From NCBI GenBank assembly GCA_013115125.1, contig JABANN010000022.1:62001-123901 (forward strand): DNA of 61,901 nt. Reading direction: 5' to 3'. Position 1 is the stretch's first letter. Each line of letters opens with the position of its first letter. The stretch comes from Perkinsus olseni. Its lineage: Eukaryota. Shown piece after piece: positions 14,382-26,745 of the stretch. Both the position numbers and the translations under genes were made by a program. The notes below the pieces were generated by a model. That model worked only from the letters and a program-made list of their open reading frames with translations, had not been told where the DNA came from and made no database searches.

Positions 14382-15905
14382 TTAATGGACGACGTCCGCT
14401 GTCTGCATCTGTCTCGATATCCCAAGCTCATCGAAGGTGCGATCAAGAGCATCAACCAGCATGTCCAAATCTTCCTCACTGTGGAGAGGTCCAGGCGTGA
14501 CGCGAATACGCTCGGTACCACGGTCCACGGTAGGGTAGTTGATGGGCTGTAGGTATATACCGTACTCAGCCAGCAACTTGTCGGTGAGTTCCTTCACCTT
14601 GACTGGATCTCTAACCAGAACAGGAACGATATGGCTAGGACTGTTCATTAATGGCAACCCTCTAGCAGCCAGCTTTGCCTTCAGTTGCTTAGCACGGAGC
14701 TGTTGTAGCTCTCTCTCTATTTTAGAATACCTCAGATGGGACACAGCGGCAAGACCACCAGCAGCCACCACCGGAGGGACCGCAGTGGTGAAGATGAAAC
14801 CTGCGGCATACGACCGGACACAGTCTACAAAGCTCGACGATGCCGCTATGTATCCACCAAAAACGCCATACGCCTTGCCAAGCGTGCCGGAGATGATATC
14901 AATCCTGTCCAGAACACCATCTCGCTCGGCTATACCAGCGCCGTGCTCGCCGTACATGCCCACAGCATGAACCTCATCACAAAAGGTCATGGCGTTGTAC
15001 TTGTCCGCCAAGTCACATATCGCTTCCATAGGAGCAATACCACCAGACATAGAATACACCGACTCGAAGACTATCATCTTGGGACGGTCAAGAGGCGTCG
15101 CAGCAAGGATGGACTCGAGATGGGCGATGTCGTTATGGCGATAAATTTTCTTCTCGCACTTAGAGTGTCTTATACCTTGAATCATCGAAGCATGGTTGCC
15201 AGCATCAGAGATCATCAGACAGTCGGGTATGATCTTGCCGACAGCGGACAGGGCTGCTTCGTTCGCAACAAACCCGCTTGACATCACCAATGCGGCTTCC
15301 TTCGAGTGATTCTCGGCCAAGGTCCTCTCGAGCTCGACATGAAACTTGGTCGTACCGGAGATGTTTCTGGTCCCGCCAGCACCGGTACCACTCATATTGA
15401 TAGCCTCGTGAGAAGCCTCGATAACCTTGGGATGCTGACCCATACCGAGGTAGTCGTTGGAGCAGAAGATCTTGATCGGCCTACCCTCCTTGACGTCATG
15501 GTTCAAGCCGTGGAAGGTGGCGTTAGGGAAGCTACCACAATGCCTCTGCAGGTTGGCGAAGTAGCGATATCGGCCTTCTTCTTGAAGCTTCTCGATGTTG
15601 AACCTGAACTTAGCCTCATACATGTTGTCCTTGCGAGTGATCAGAGCCTCGTCAAAGGCCGGCTTCTTCGTATCATCTTGAATCACGACTGGCTTCTGCA
15701 CTGCCCTCATGACCGGACAGGCATGAGCCATGGCCTCCAGTGTAGAAGGGTCGGGGCTGTTGGAGACCTTGGCGAAGAACGGGCACATTGTCTTGACCTC
15801 TGAGAGCTTGACATTGATAGGGGTGTTGGCGGCCTCGGCAGCAGCAGCAGCAGCACGGCAGGCACTGCGCGTAGCCGCACTGGCAGCTTTGCAGGTGACG
15901 CTCAT
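14382..15905 (-). CDS. ALAS: 5-aminolevulinate synthase (intronless, with N-terminal presequence)
   Basis: [55 protein letters not shown] (PLP lysine), SHIVPV, INYPTV; 507-aa ORF. Confidence 0.97.
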   Translation of the reverse strand: MSVTCKAASAATRSACRAAAAAAEAANTPINVKLSEVKTMCPFFAKVSNSPDPSTLEAMAHACPVMRAVQKPVVIQDDTKKPAFDEALITRKDNMYEAKFRFNIEKLQEEGRYRYFANLQRHCGSFPNATFHGLNHDVKEGRPIKIFCSNDYLGMGQHPKVIEASHEAINMSGTGAGGTRNISGTTKFHVELERTLAENHSKEAALVMSSGFVANEAALSAVGKIIPDCLMISDAGNHASMIQGIRHSKCEKKIYRHNDIAHLESILAATPLDRPKMIVFESVYSMSGGIAPMEAICDLADKYNAMTFCDEVHAVGMYGEHGAGIAERDGVLDRIDIISGTLGKAYGVFGGYIAASSSFVDCVRSYAAGFIFTTAVPPVVAAGGLAAVSHLRYSKIERELQQLRAKQLKAKLAARGLPLMNSPSHIVPVLVRDPVKVKELTDKLLAEYGIYLQPINYPTVDRGTERIRVTPGPLHSEEDLDMLVDALDRTFDELGISRQMQTADVVH

Positions 15906-16975
15906 CGTCGAAAGTATAAACTGAAACGAGTGACGCTTGGGAGCCCAAGAACAACAAAACTGATTTGTGAACAGCCGCGTCTCCGAGACAAACTAGTGGG
16001 CCTCACCCGAATCGACGAGAAATGAGGTGGTTCCTCGAATGTACATTAGAGGATCCAGCAAGGTTACGATATTACGGCGGTGAGGTTCATTCCAACACCC
16101 AACGAGAAGCCCGAACAGAAACACAGTCGGCTCGGCCGAACGCATCGTCTTGTCCATGACGCGCAGTGCGCAGTGGAGGAAACACGAGACTGAGCAAGAT
16201 CTCAAGGTTTTGACTTGACGCGTGCGCACCATGATGGTCATCTCGTTTTCTCATGTTGTGCCGGGCGGGAACATCTACGGCCGGTCGTGAGGTGCGGAGC
16301 AGCTAGAGGAGGATGCGAACCCTATACAAGCGTGCTCCACTCGACGCCGCCTTTTCTGAGAAGTATCACGACCACTTCATGGCTTGAATACAGGTTGGTG
16401 AGCATCTGAGTTTCTGGCAACCGTATTCCTATGGAGACCACCTAGAGTAGGAATCGGCGGAGGGATGTAAACCGCGGTCTAGCCAACCTTAACTTGCTAT
16501 GGCCCATAGTCGCCCTCTGCGCCTTGCGTCTTGTAGCTAATGGGTTCCTCATACGCCTATCGCGGAGGGGAGGGACTTCCATCGCGAGGTGTTTACCGTA
16601 AATTTCGATCCCGAACACGCGTCATTAACCGAAATTTTGGTAGGAAAATGGTGTTTCAGAAATGCTCTATACCGCGGAGCCGGTGCTAGGATGAACAACA
16701 GTAGGCTGCATTCACAACACTGAATGCTTCAACCATGCCGCAACGGCCCCGAGTAGCAGAGGGGCCCCCTCTGAGGGGGCATCAAGACCAGTTGATGCTC
16801 GGACTCGCTTCGATGATACCGAAGTTGTTGAGTTTAGTATTCACCGGGGAGTGATGGATTCGGAGGCGTGTTGCCGTGGAGCAAGCGGCATCAAGTTGGG
16901 TTTCAAGGGAGTGAGGGTTGGCGGGCTAGTGATTCGCCGGCCTCCTAGGGCCTTCCCATGATCATGTTTTACTGA

Positions 16976-19900
16976 ATGGCGGAATCAGCACCTGTACAAG
17001 TGGATCGTCACAACTCAGAGTCCGATTCTGAAGAACTTGGCAACCACGCAAGAACACGGACCTTGCCTGGCGGGATCTCGTTCGGATCTCTTCAAAGCTC
17101 CAGCAGGCAGAACTCCAGTTGTAAGCTCTGCCGGAACAGCCGAGCATTGACGCTAACAACTGCGTGTAGCTCCTCCTATTTGTGTCAGCGAATGATGGTA
17201 TGACGGATGACGACGGGCACCTAGAGGCCAATGACCGATTCGATGAGATCTGTCCTGGCAACGGGGCCGACTTGAGGTACCGTACTGAGTAAGTAACTTG
17301 CTATTTTCGTATCCCTCAGGCAAAGTAGGCACAGCGAGCGGCGACTCAGTTTCGGCAGAGTTGGAGTGATGAAGACCGAATTGCCGGCTGATATTGCCCG
17401 TTCAATATCCCTCGTTAAGAGGCTTGATGAGGTGGTAGAGCCTCGCTAGTACTTTGATGAATGCCAGTGTGCCAGGTGCGGCGGACGACGGAGTTCGCTA
17501 ATCAACGAGCAAAGCTTCGACGGCCGCCGATGGACCTGTTTTCTCGAGGCATGGCCGACCCCAAATCGAAGGTTGCATTGCTAGCGAGTGATAGTCGATT
17601 CCAGGTGGACCATGGGGTCTCGAATCTCCTCTCTATAATAGAACCGTGCGCACCTGCGCTAGCTGAATGTAGCTCAGATATGGCGTGAAATTCCCATTCG
17701 GTTATGAGCCGTGGGTGGTAGACTCCTGATGACGCTGATCCTTGCGGATCTCATCCCAAACCATCGGCCGAAGGGCATCCTCCCCCTCTCAGAATTGGGC
17801 CCTAGTCGTCATCGTTCTCAATGCCGTATGGATCGGTATCGATGAAGATCACAATTATAAGGGGTCGGGTATACCAGTAAGATCCTCATCAACTAGATTC
17901 CTCTCCTTACTCAGCATGCATTTTTTTTTCCACCTCTCAGCTTGTCGTCTTCGACGTCGGAGAGCATATCTTTGGCTTTTGTTTCACCTTTGAGATCCTC
18001 GTCCGTATCCTTGCCTACCGCAAAAAGGCAGATTTCTTCAACGACAAGCACTTGAGATTGTGGAACATATTCGACCTATGCCTGGTAGGCTATCTCTTAA
18101 AGGGTTCGCCTGGCTCGGCTCCGCCCCACTACTTCGTCGTGGCGACTTCGTCCTTCAGGTGGTCATGATGGTCATTGAGATCTGGGTGTTACTAATCCTC
18201 GACGCCGATGCATCGACCCTGGGCAGCCTCAGCGTCCTTCGGCTACTCCGATTGCTTCGAATCACTCGTGTCTTCAGTAGCCCCTCGCTGCCTGGCGTTG
18301 TGGAAAATGTCTATTCTCAGGAATGGTCCCCGAGCTCGGTATGATGGTTAAGTCCATGGCAGCAGCCGCTCGGTCCGTCAGCAGTACTCTAGCTATCATA
18401 CTCGCTCTAATGTAGGCCGATGAGTCGTTCTTTTTCTACCGGTGTTGTCGCTATTCGGTACGTATTCGCTATTATACTCACCAACTGGGCGAAGGGCTCT
18501 GAGGAGAGGTTGATCAAAGAGGTGGACGGAGTACCAGGATTCTTCGACGATATGTACGGTACTATTCCCAAAAGCATGCTCACGTTGTGGCAGGTAGGTG
18601 ATGTCCTGATGGCGTCTTGAGAGCTCCGCTTTCGGCAGGTGTTAGTTTTTGATGATACTTTTTCGCTCATCCGGGCTACACTGAGTGAAGGGCCTGCGTG
18701 AGGGGCCCCCATGCTCACAGGCGGGTCGTCAGCGAGTGTTGAAACTATCGTCAGGTGCGGAGCCCTCCTTCTCATATTCATAATGCTCGGGGCGTTCATG
18801 ATCCTCAACATCCTCATCGGTGTCATCTGTGAAATCGTCTCGGGCACGACAGAGACAGAGAAAGACAAGCTCTTGCGGGAGCGGATAGTTGAAGTAGAGT
18901 TTCGCCTAAAGGCACACCACTTCGCTCCGCTGACAGGTATTCGATGCCATGGATGTCGACGGCTCGGGCACTCTCACAGAGAATGAGTTCAACGCTCAAG
19001 CGGCCTCTCGACTGCAGAAGCTCGGAGTTGACGAGGTGGGCGTTAGCTTCATTCATGCTATGGGAATGTTGCATCATACGGATACCTGAGCACGCAACGT
19101 GAACGTGAAACGTAAACAGTTCTTCGCGTGGATTTCTGTATACCGGTGTACTTAGAATTAGCCCGAGCAGGAGCTTGACAATAACTTCTGTGGCAAGAAC
19201 TCACCCTTGGCTGTATCGTATCAAGCGCATATCTGTTCCAATCGTGGTAGACACGGGTTATAGGTCAAAACTATAGAGTCGCTATTCGCACTGTCCCACG
19301 AAAGTATGTCACTGATAGGCTTGGGAGAGCTGAACCGTTCCGATGAATGGGAGCTGCTGAGTGCGCTTAGCTATCGGGCTGACTTCAGTAGGCATAATAA
19401 TGACAACACAAAGGGCTGTGCTCATTGTACTATCAGACAGAGGCCAGCTAGCCTCCAGGGAGACTAGTTCAACGGGAGTGAATTACCGAGAGAGATCCAA
19501 CAACCGGGCTACAGGTCGATCGGTACTTTCGCCGGGGCCGGCAGACGGGACCCCAGGTCGCTCTAGTGTCGATCACGGGGCTTATCACAAGCCACTCGTC
19601 AGCAAGTCAAGAGTCGAGACTTATCGTGGTCTCTGTCTTCCCCCACTCTGCTCGCGCAGACTAACGCGGTTTAAGGGTGTCCAGATGGGTGGAGGATCTC
19701 CTCCAACGAAGTACCCGAGTCATCGGGCTTCGGTACAGTCAGTGTTGAGCTTTGGACTGAACTGATCGTGATGACTTTTCGGCGCCGAGTGTTTCTATTA
19801 GGGAACCTCGCTGCGGGGAGTAGACGGAGCTGTCGCACAGACCCTTCGGTATGGGCGTTCTTCAGGACGTGGTCGCGGTGGCCTTCCAAATAATCGATTC

Positions 19901-20198
19901 GTCCGGTCACGGCTGTATCGACCAGGACGAGTTCGTCCAGATGTTGCTGAAGATGCTACACCCTCCGACCACCCAAGATCTACTCCTACTGCAGAAGAAC
20001 CTGACCATGGTCCAGACCCTCCTAGCCGAGTATATACAGAGAGCCTCTATTCGTCATCAGAGGCTAGAAGCGAAGCTCGATAGCCTGAGGGGCAGGCAGG
20101 GCTCTGCCGAATCGACGAGGTTCGGCTCGGACCGGATGTCGAGTACGGCGTCGTTGGAGACTCGAGAGGCGGTCCATCAGCTTCTAGGGGAAAAGTGA
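16976..20198 (+). CDS. Single-domain (6TM) voltage-gated cation channel with C-terminal EF-hands, multi-exon
   Basis: S1 WALVVIVLNAVWIGI, S2 FCFTFEILVRI, S3 WNIFDL, S4 SVLRLLRLLRITRVF, pore YGTIPKSMLTLWQ|VLVFDDTF, S6 FIMLGAFMILNILIGVICE; EF-hands FDAMDVDGSGTLTENEF and FQIIDSSGHGCIDQDEF. Confidence 0.85.
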
Positions 20199-21242
20199 TC
20201 CATGCATGAATTCAACCTTACTAATGCTCAGCTCCGTGGATATTTGTTACAGTATAAGGCTGTGAGTATCGACAAGTGTTGTGTGGTGAGTTGAGGCTGG
20301 GTAGCGAGGAAGGCACCGTCTTGCCGGACCGACGCGAATGGATTGCCCGTCCCTGGCTGAATCCACCCACTTCCATCAGCACCAACACTCATGCTGTTGA
20401 GTTGTGGTATGAGTGAGAGTATGCTACCGCCATGAGTCTAATTGTGTTTCCATCCGGCAGTCATGCTGTGTGGCAACTGTACGTCATGTTTAAGCTACGC
20501 GCATCACATCTTTTTGTGCGACATGTACGTTTGTGCGTCAACACGTCCCTGCACTCGCGTGCGCTGCTAACCAATCTTCGCCGGAAGCATTACAGTAGAG
20601 ACCGCACACCCTTGAGTCGAAGTGGAATCTTGCCCTCCTTAGAGGCTTCCGAATCGTCAGTCGTAGACAGCTTCCCTACCACCACATCTGTCACAGCATC
20701 CTTCAGTGTCCTCATTTCTTATTGATATGGTACGCGTACAAGTCGCAGGTGCAGAGGGCCTCTTTGGCGTCTGACGTGAATCCCCAACAGACACAGCCAC
20801 TGATCCGTCGACCATGAATATAATCTCTCGGCGTTGGTCATAACTCAGCCTACAGTCCGTCCCACGCAGTTCTCAGTGCGACGGAAGTCTACTTTCCATA
20901 TTATACTTGACTACCCGCCACTCGACAAGCAAGAGCTTTCAACTTCGCCACCTGACTGTGGATGCATCCCTCTTGCTATGCGGCCTGCAGGCTGCATCTT
21001 CTTACATACGCTTGCCTCGATTACCTGGCCCAGGAGACAGATCCGTGTCCGCGTGCAAGATAGCACCTGTTCCGCCCACACGTGTACGGCGGGGGGAGCT
21101 CAGAACAGGCCGCGTGTGTGGCGCATGCTCTGGCTCTTCGGGTTATGAGAATGACTCATGGTACTGCATTTGTGATATTCTTTTCTCCCGCTTCAAGCGG
21201 GCCGCTTGCTCGCATTGTTCCATCTCCAGTTCATCTAGTCCC

Positions 21243-24200
21243 ATGGCCGCGTTTCTCTGGTGCGTTACGCTCATAACATCAGCCGCTGCGGCAGCTCAGA
21301 GTGATCAGTGCAACAGTCCAGATGCAGCCACCACGGCCTTGATGGTAAACGGTACTCTCGTGAAAATACCACTGTCGCCAGGAGGGCCCTACAACACCAC
21401 TGGGGGTCCGATCGAGGACGATCCCCGTATCTTGAATGTAGGAGAATGCCAGGCTCCCATATGTTGAGCTCTGGTGAGCCTAGGTGCACCTGGTCGCCCA
21501 CACTCACAACGACCCTGGCTGGTTGAAAACTGTGGACCAGTACTCTACGGGTAGCAGCCTTTGGGGAATGTCGATTGAAGCTCCTCGCGTCAGGCGCCAG
21601 GAACGTTATCCAGATAGCCAATGTGGGTCTGATACTGGATTCAGTGGTGGAACAGCTGCTAGAGGACGCCAACAGGAAGTTCATCTACGTCGAGATGGTG
21701 ATGGGCGTCTTTCATGACTAGAGTTGGTGAGACCTTCCCAGGCCTTCTTCAATCGTTGGTGGAGGCGACAGTCCAAAGCCAAGAAAAAGGTGGTGAGGAA
21801 GTTGGTCGCCGAGGGTCGGCTCGAGTTCATCAATGCTGGATGGGTGATGAACGACGAGGCTGCAGCTCTGTATACTGACATCATTGACCAACACACAGCC
21901 GGTAACCACATCATCAACAGCCCAGTTGTTGATGATAGAGACCGCTGTCAGGTGCTCTCAAAGTTGCTACAGAGTTTTCGGTTGATGCGTCACCCCGAGT
22001 TGGATGGCAGATCGACCCGTTTGGTCACTCGAGCTTCCAGAACAAGGCCTTCAGAGGGGTGAGACCACGAACACCAAGGGCACTACTGGAGACCTTGTCT
22101 GTCATCACAGATGAGCTTCGACGGCTGGATGGTCGGCCGGGCTGATGACCAGGACATGGCGATAAGGGCGGCGACCGGAGGTCTCGAGATGGTCAGCCTG
22201 AACGAACCGCAACACAGGTTGAGATCGCCGTCAGCAGGTGTACCGCACTACGAAGAAAAACTCGTCCAACTGCCGTGTTGACTCCGACGGGATTTTCATG
22301 GGGCTGATGCACATGTAGGTCCGAAAGAGTCCCCACTGTCGATATCTTCTCTGCAGGTACTCTCCGCCGCCGGGCTTCGGCTTCGATGTGCTCAATGGCG
22401 ATCCGCCACTGCAGGATGACCCCCTGCTAGAGGACCTCAACATCGCCGATAGGTTACAGATCTTCCGCCAGGTGTCGCCGTCTCTGCTCATCTTCCTCCA
22501 AACAACAGCTTCCTTCAGATATGCTTGGCACAGGGGAAAGCATACAACCCTGAGAAGGAGGGCAAAGACAAGAGTATGAACATCATACTAACGATGGTAA
22601 CGGAACAGCAGCTAGGTCCCACCAGCCCACCAGTCGTGTAGAAGGAGAGGAAGGAACTACTTGACTCGCCATTCGACAGGACGTCTGTCTGAAATACTCA
22701 TCGCCGGTGGGGCACACGATGAAAATGAGTATCGCATGTGGTCGAGCCGGAATCGGGTTGGACTATACTCTGCAGCCTCTTGTATGTGCGAATTCGACTT
22801 TTTACGGTATGATTTTATCGACTTGACGACGGGTGAGGACTGTATGGTCAGTGGCGTCCTCGATAGCCTCTCTTGGAACACCTATCGTGCTCGGAGGAAT
22901 CAAGCATCAAGGTCCGTTCAACGTCTGATGGGCCCCTCATTTCAGGGTATGGACTTCAACTACCAACAAGCGACATCTTGGTATCAAAACTTGGACAAGC
23001 TGATTCATTATTCAAAGCTAGTAGCAGAGGAACAGCGAGCTGAGGGGACTGATGAGGGCGTCATTCTCAACGTCTTTTACAGCAACCCGAGGTTGGACGT
23101 TCCCCCAGCCGGCCTTGCAGGCGAGCTACACTTCTTCAGGATCTACATGCAGTCCCGTCATGCCCAGTATGATGGTGGCATCAGCCTTCCTGAGAAGGAT
23201 AGTGACGAGGACTTCTTCCCTTATGGGGATGGTCATGTCGATGTCATCGATGTGAAGAAGCGTACTGTGAAGGCCACGGATGGAGGACACGCCTATTGGA
23301 CCGGGTACCCACACGAGGCGACTGCGGTTGTGTGCGTTATTTCAAAGGCCAACACCGTTCGCTGCCTGCTGCTGCTGCTGCCTGCTATCAACTGCCGTTG
23401 TCATTACTACTGCACACATCGTGTGCAGTATCGTGTGCAGTGTCGTGTGCACGTCGTATTACTCAGTTACTTCACGTCTCGGCCAAACTTCAAGGGTATG
23501 GTCCGCGGGGTGAGTAGGACATATACTGCTGCAAGGCAATTGACGGCCACCGCCAAGCATCGGCCGCACGGGGATCAACAGAAGAGCCTCGGTGACAACG
23601 GGATAAACGGGCGTCCCCTTCCAAGATGGATGTTGTGTTAGAGGAGATGACCGACGCGATCGGCCTAGCACAGCACCACGACGCCATCACCGGTACCGAG
23701 AAACAACATGTCGATGATGACTACTCCAATAGGCTCCACAGTGCCCAGGAATCGGTGAGAGTCATCAGGACAGCCTGACGTCCCCCTCATCCGCCATGCC
23801 AGGTGATGGAATCAATAGTCCTCCCCGAGACCGTTTCAAGGTTCGGCTTGCCTGCTGGTGGCGGCTATTGCCCTCTGCTCAACGAGAGTATATGTGCCTG
23901 GACGACGAACCTCTCCACCACCTCGCCGTCCTCTGTCTTGATAGCGGTCTACAACGCCCTCAGTCACCCTTCGACCTCTCTCGTGTCGTTGCCTATCCCC
24001 ACACAGGGACGCGAGGCTGAGTCCCCTGAGGCCGACGGGACCTTTGATTCACAGCTGTTGCGGAGGAGTCTACTGCAGACACCAAGCGGTCGATGCCGTG
24101 AAGGGAGGTTCAGAGTAGAGAGAGCCGCCAGCAAACAGGCAGTGGAGGTACGGCTTCTCTTGACTACCCCACACGACCCCTCCATTATCAGAGCTGGGTG

Positions 24201-26532
24201 GTCGAGCATGAGCACCACGGAGATGCCCCCAGTGCCACACTACAGTTTACAGCAGAGGACGTACCACCTATGGGAGCCTCCATCTACCGGTAGGAGGGCC
24301 AGTGGTGAGCTGGTTGCCAGGATGACTGTCGGCATCATCATCATCATCATCATCATCAGAATAACTTCCGAGGCCAGCTCAGCGCCCTGCGAGCACCCCA
24401 GGGAACCCGAGTCTGGCGGAGGCCGGCGCCCCTCACCCTCCTCGGGAAGCATCGGCAATGAGCACTACAGGCTGTCCTACAAAGGCGCTGATGAGGAAGG
24501 GCAATACACCTTCGCACTCGAGAACTTGAAGGCTGATATACGGGTGAGTCTTGGCCGGTGACGTATCTTTGACTCCTGCCGCAGGTCATGTTCAACCTCT
24601 CCCTCGGGTACTATGAGAGCTCCACTGGCCGGGGCCCCCTGGTGTATGGACGCTACGGCCAGGCGTCAGGGGCGTACATCTTCCGACCCAACTGCCCTGA
24701 GCAACCCGACGCTAGGTCTATCAAAGCCTGTCGGCCGAAGCTTGTCGACATCCCTATTGTAAGGGGGCATCGCTAGCGTGTTGCCGGTTGGCCACGACAG
24801 TAGAAGATGAGTCTCATTGTGGAGGGCATTGGTTGGGGTCGGGTCGCTCAGGGGCGCTGCTCCTCCGTGGGTGTTTCGAGCTATAGTTCATTAATAACGA
24901 ATGGTAACACATTCCACGAAAATATACACGTTGGGATGAAATCTTTCGTAGCATCGGGCTCATCCTCCAAAAGCTTCTCAGTCAAACCCTCACTCCTTAG
25001 TGAGAAACACGCCTTCAAAATCACCCACGCCCAGCTGAAGCACCCCTGAGAGCGGCGAAGGGCCATCTAGAGGGCAGCAAGAAGTCTTCATTTCTGTTCC
25101 AGTGAGGTACTTGAGATTTTCCTTCAGATTCTCATGATGGGCGGAGACAAGAATAAAGATACTCTTCGAATGGAGATCGCCAGTCCTGCGCCAGACGACC
25201 AGACTGGCCCTCCGCCCCTTATAGGGAACTTGACCATCCAAATTCCCCCGAAGGAGCCAGCCGTGCTGATCACCTGGAGTGTGGCGATCGACGTGAGCGA
25301 CGGCACTGGAAAGGAAGCTGTTCTGGTGAGCTCAGTCGGCCAACTGAACCGCTTACTTCTGCCTAGCTCCTGGAGACGGACGTCGCCAATGATGATGGCA
25401 ACTTCTACACGGACAGCAACGGTAGAGATTGGGTGCATCGAAAGTGAGGTTGAAGGACGGAAGATTCGCTCGAACCCTTGCACAGGGTGAACTACCGCAA
25501 AGGGTGGCAGCTGGAAGTCACAGACCCTGTAGCGATGAACTACTACCCGATCAACTCGGGCCTGAGGATTATGGACCAGCCCAGAGAAGCATGCAAGGCC
25601 CGCCAGGTGAGGGTCTTCGGTCTCGACGTGTGTACTCGTACTGTCCACAGCTCACCCTCGTGCCCGATAGAGCCCACGGGGGAGCCTCTCTACTGCCGGG
25701 GCAACTTGAGATCATGCTTCATCGGAGATGCCTAGTAGATGATTCAAGAGGCGTTGGTAAGCTGCTATGTGACTATCGGAAGGCCATCGGAGCATCATCA
25801 TCAGGCGAGCCTTTGAACGAAGAAGACTGCTCGAATGGAATATGTTTGCCGAAGATGGTCACAGGGGAAACACGTCTCCTGCTGGACCCAGTGAGAACGG
25901 AGGGTAGGGGAGAGATGTATGACAGCTATCGAGAGCTGGCTCATCAAGTAAGAGGAGGACCTCCCTACCGGACTGGGCAATGTCACATCAGGTTCGACTA
26001 CCCCTTCTGTCAGTCTTCACCCGTGACGATCCAAAGCATCAGCCCAGAGCTGACAGCTGGTCATCGCTACCGGCCTCCAGCCGTCGAGGCATGCCTCGAG
26101 AGGTCCAAGTCCTCACACTGGAGCTCCTCACTCATGAGAACACCCCCCAGCTCTACTACGACAAGGCCTGCGCCCACCATCGATGCATCTTGCTACGCTT
26201 GGCGAATACCTACGCCCAGGAGGAGGGCAGCACCGCGGTCGAGTTGGACCTAGCCGGCAGGGGCGCTCTACTAGAAGGCTTCGAGCTTGGCCGCGGCTTC
26301 GAGGTGAGAATGCTGTTATCTTGGCGGCGTTCCTCGCTCTAGTGGGCGTCAGGTTACCCTCAACGCGGGGAGAGATCTCGAGACCGCCGAGAAGGAACGG
26401 TTGAAGTGGTCGTCAGTCGGTGAGGGAGAGACGGAGGTCCTCAATCACGCGGAAAGATGCGAGGTTGATTGGAGACGAATCACACTCGAGCCTTTACAAA
26501 TCCGCACTTTTATTGTCTCCCTAGTTTTGTGA
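21243..26532 (+). CDS. Lysosomal-type alpha-mannosidase (GH38), signal peptide, multi-exon
   Basis: Signal-like [118 protein letters not shown]-terminal LEPLQIRTF. Confidence 0.95.
23419..23453. repeat. Intronic 12-bp tandem repeat (TCGTGTGCAGTR x ~3)
   Basis: TCGTGTGCAGTA-TCGTGTGCAGTG-TCGTGTGCACG read directly. Confidence 0.8.
24333..24358. repeat. (CAT)8 microsatellite within the mannosidase gene (probably intronic)
   Basis: Read directly from the sequence. Confidence 0.9.
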
Positions 26533-26745
26533 TGAGGAGCGTCCTGAATTTTTGTTGATTATGATTCGGGGATCAAATTTTTGAGGGATGGAGCATTACT
26601 ATTTTTTAGTATCTCAACAAGCGGGCCTCCCAGCCGCTGAAAACTTTCTTGACCGCTCTTATGTAACGTTGCGTTTAAGTCAGGACCATCCCGTGAATTT
26701 TGTCGCAAAAGTGTGAACGCAACCAGCAAATCGATTACACAACAA

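Noticed and set aside
19036-19865. Unusually long channel intron containing a 134-aa ORF (19361-19765)
   Set aside because: The ORF begins at GTG and has no domain or codon signal; no convincing ncRNA boxes were found.
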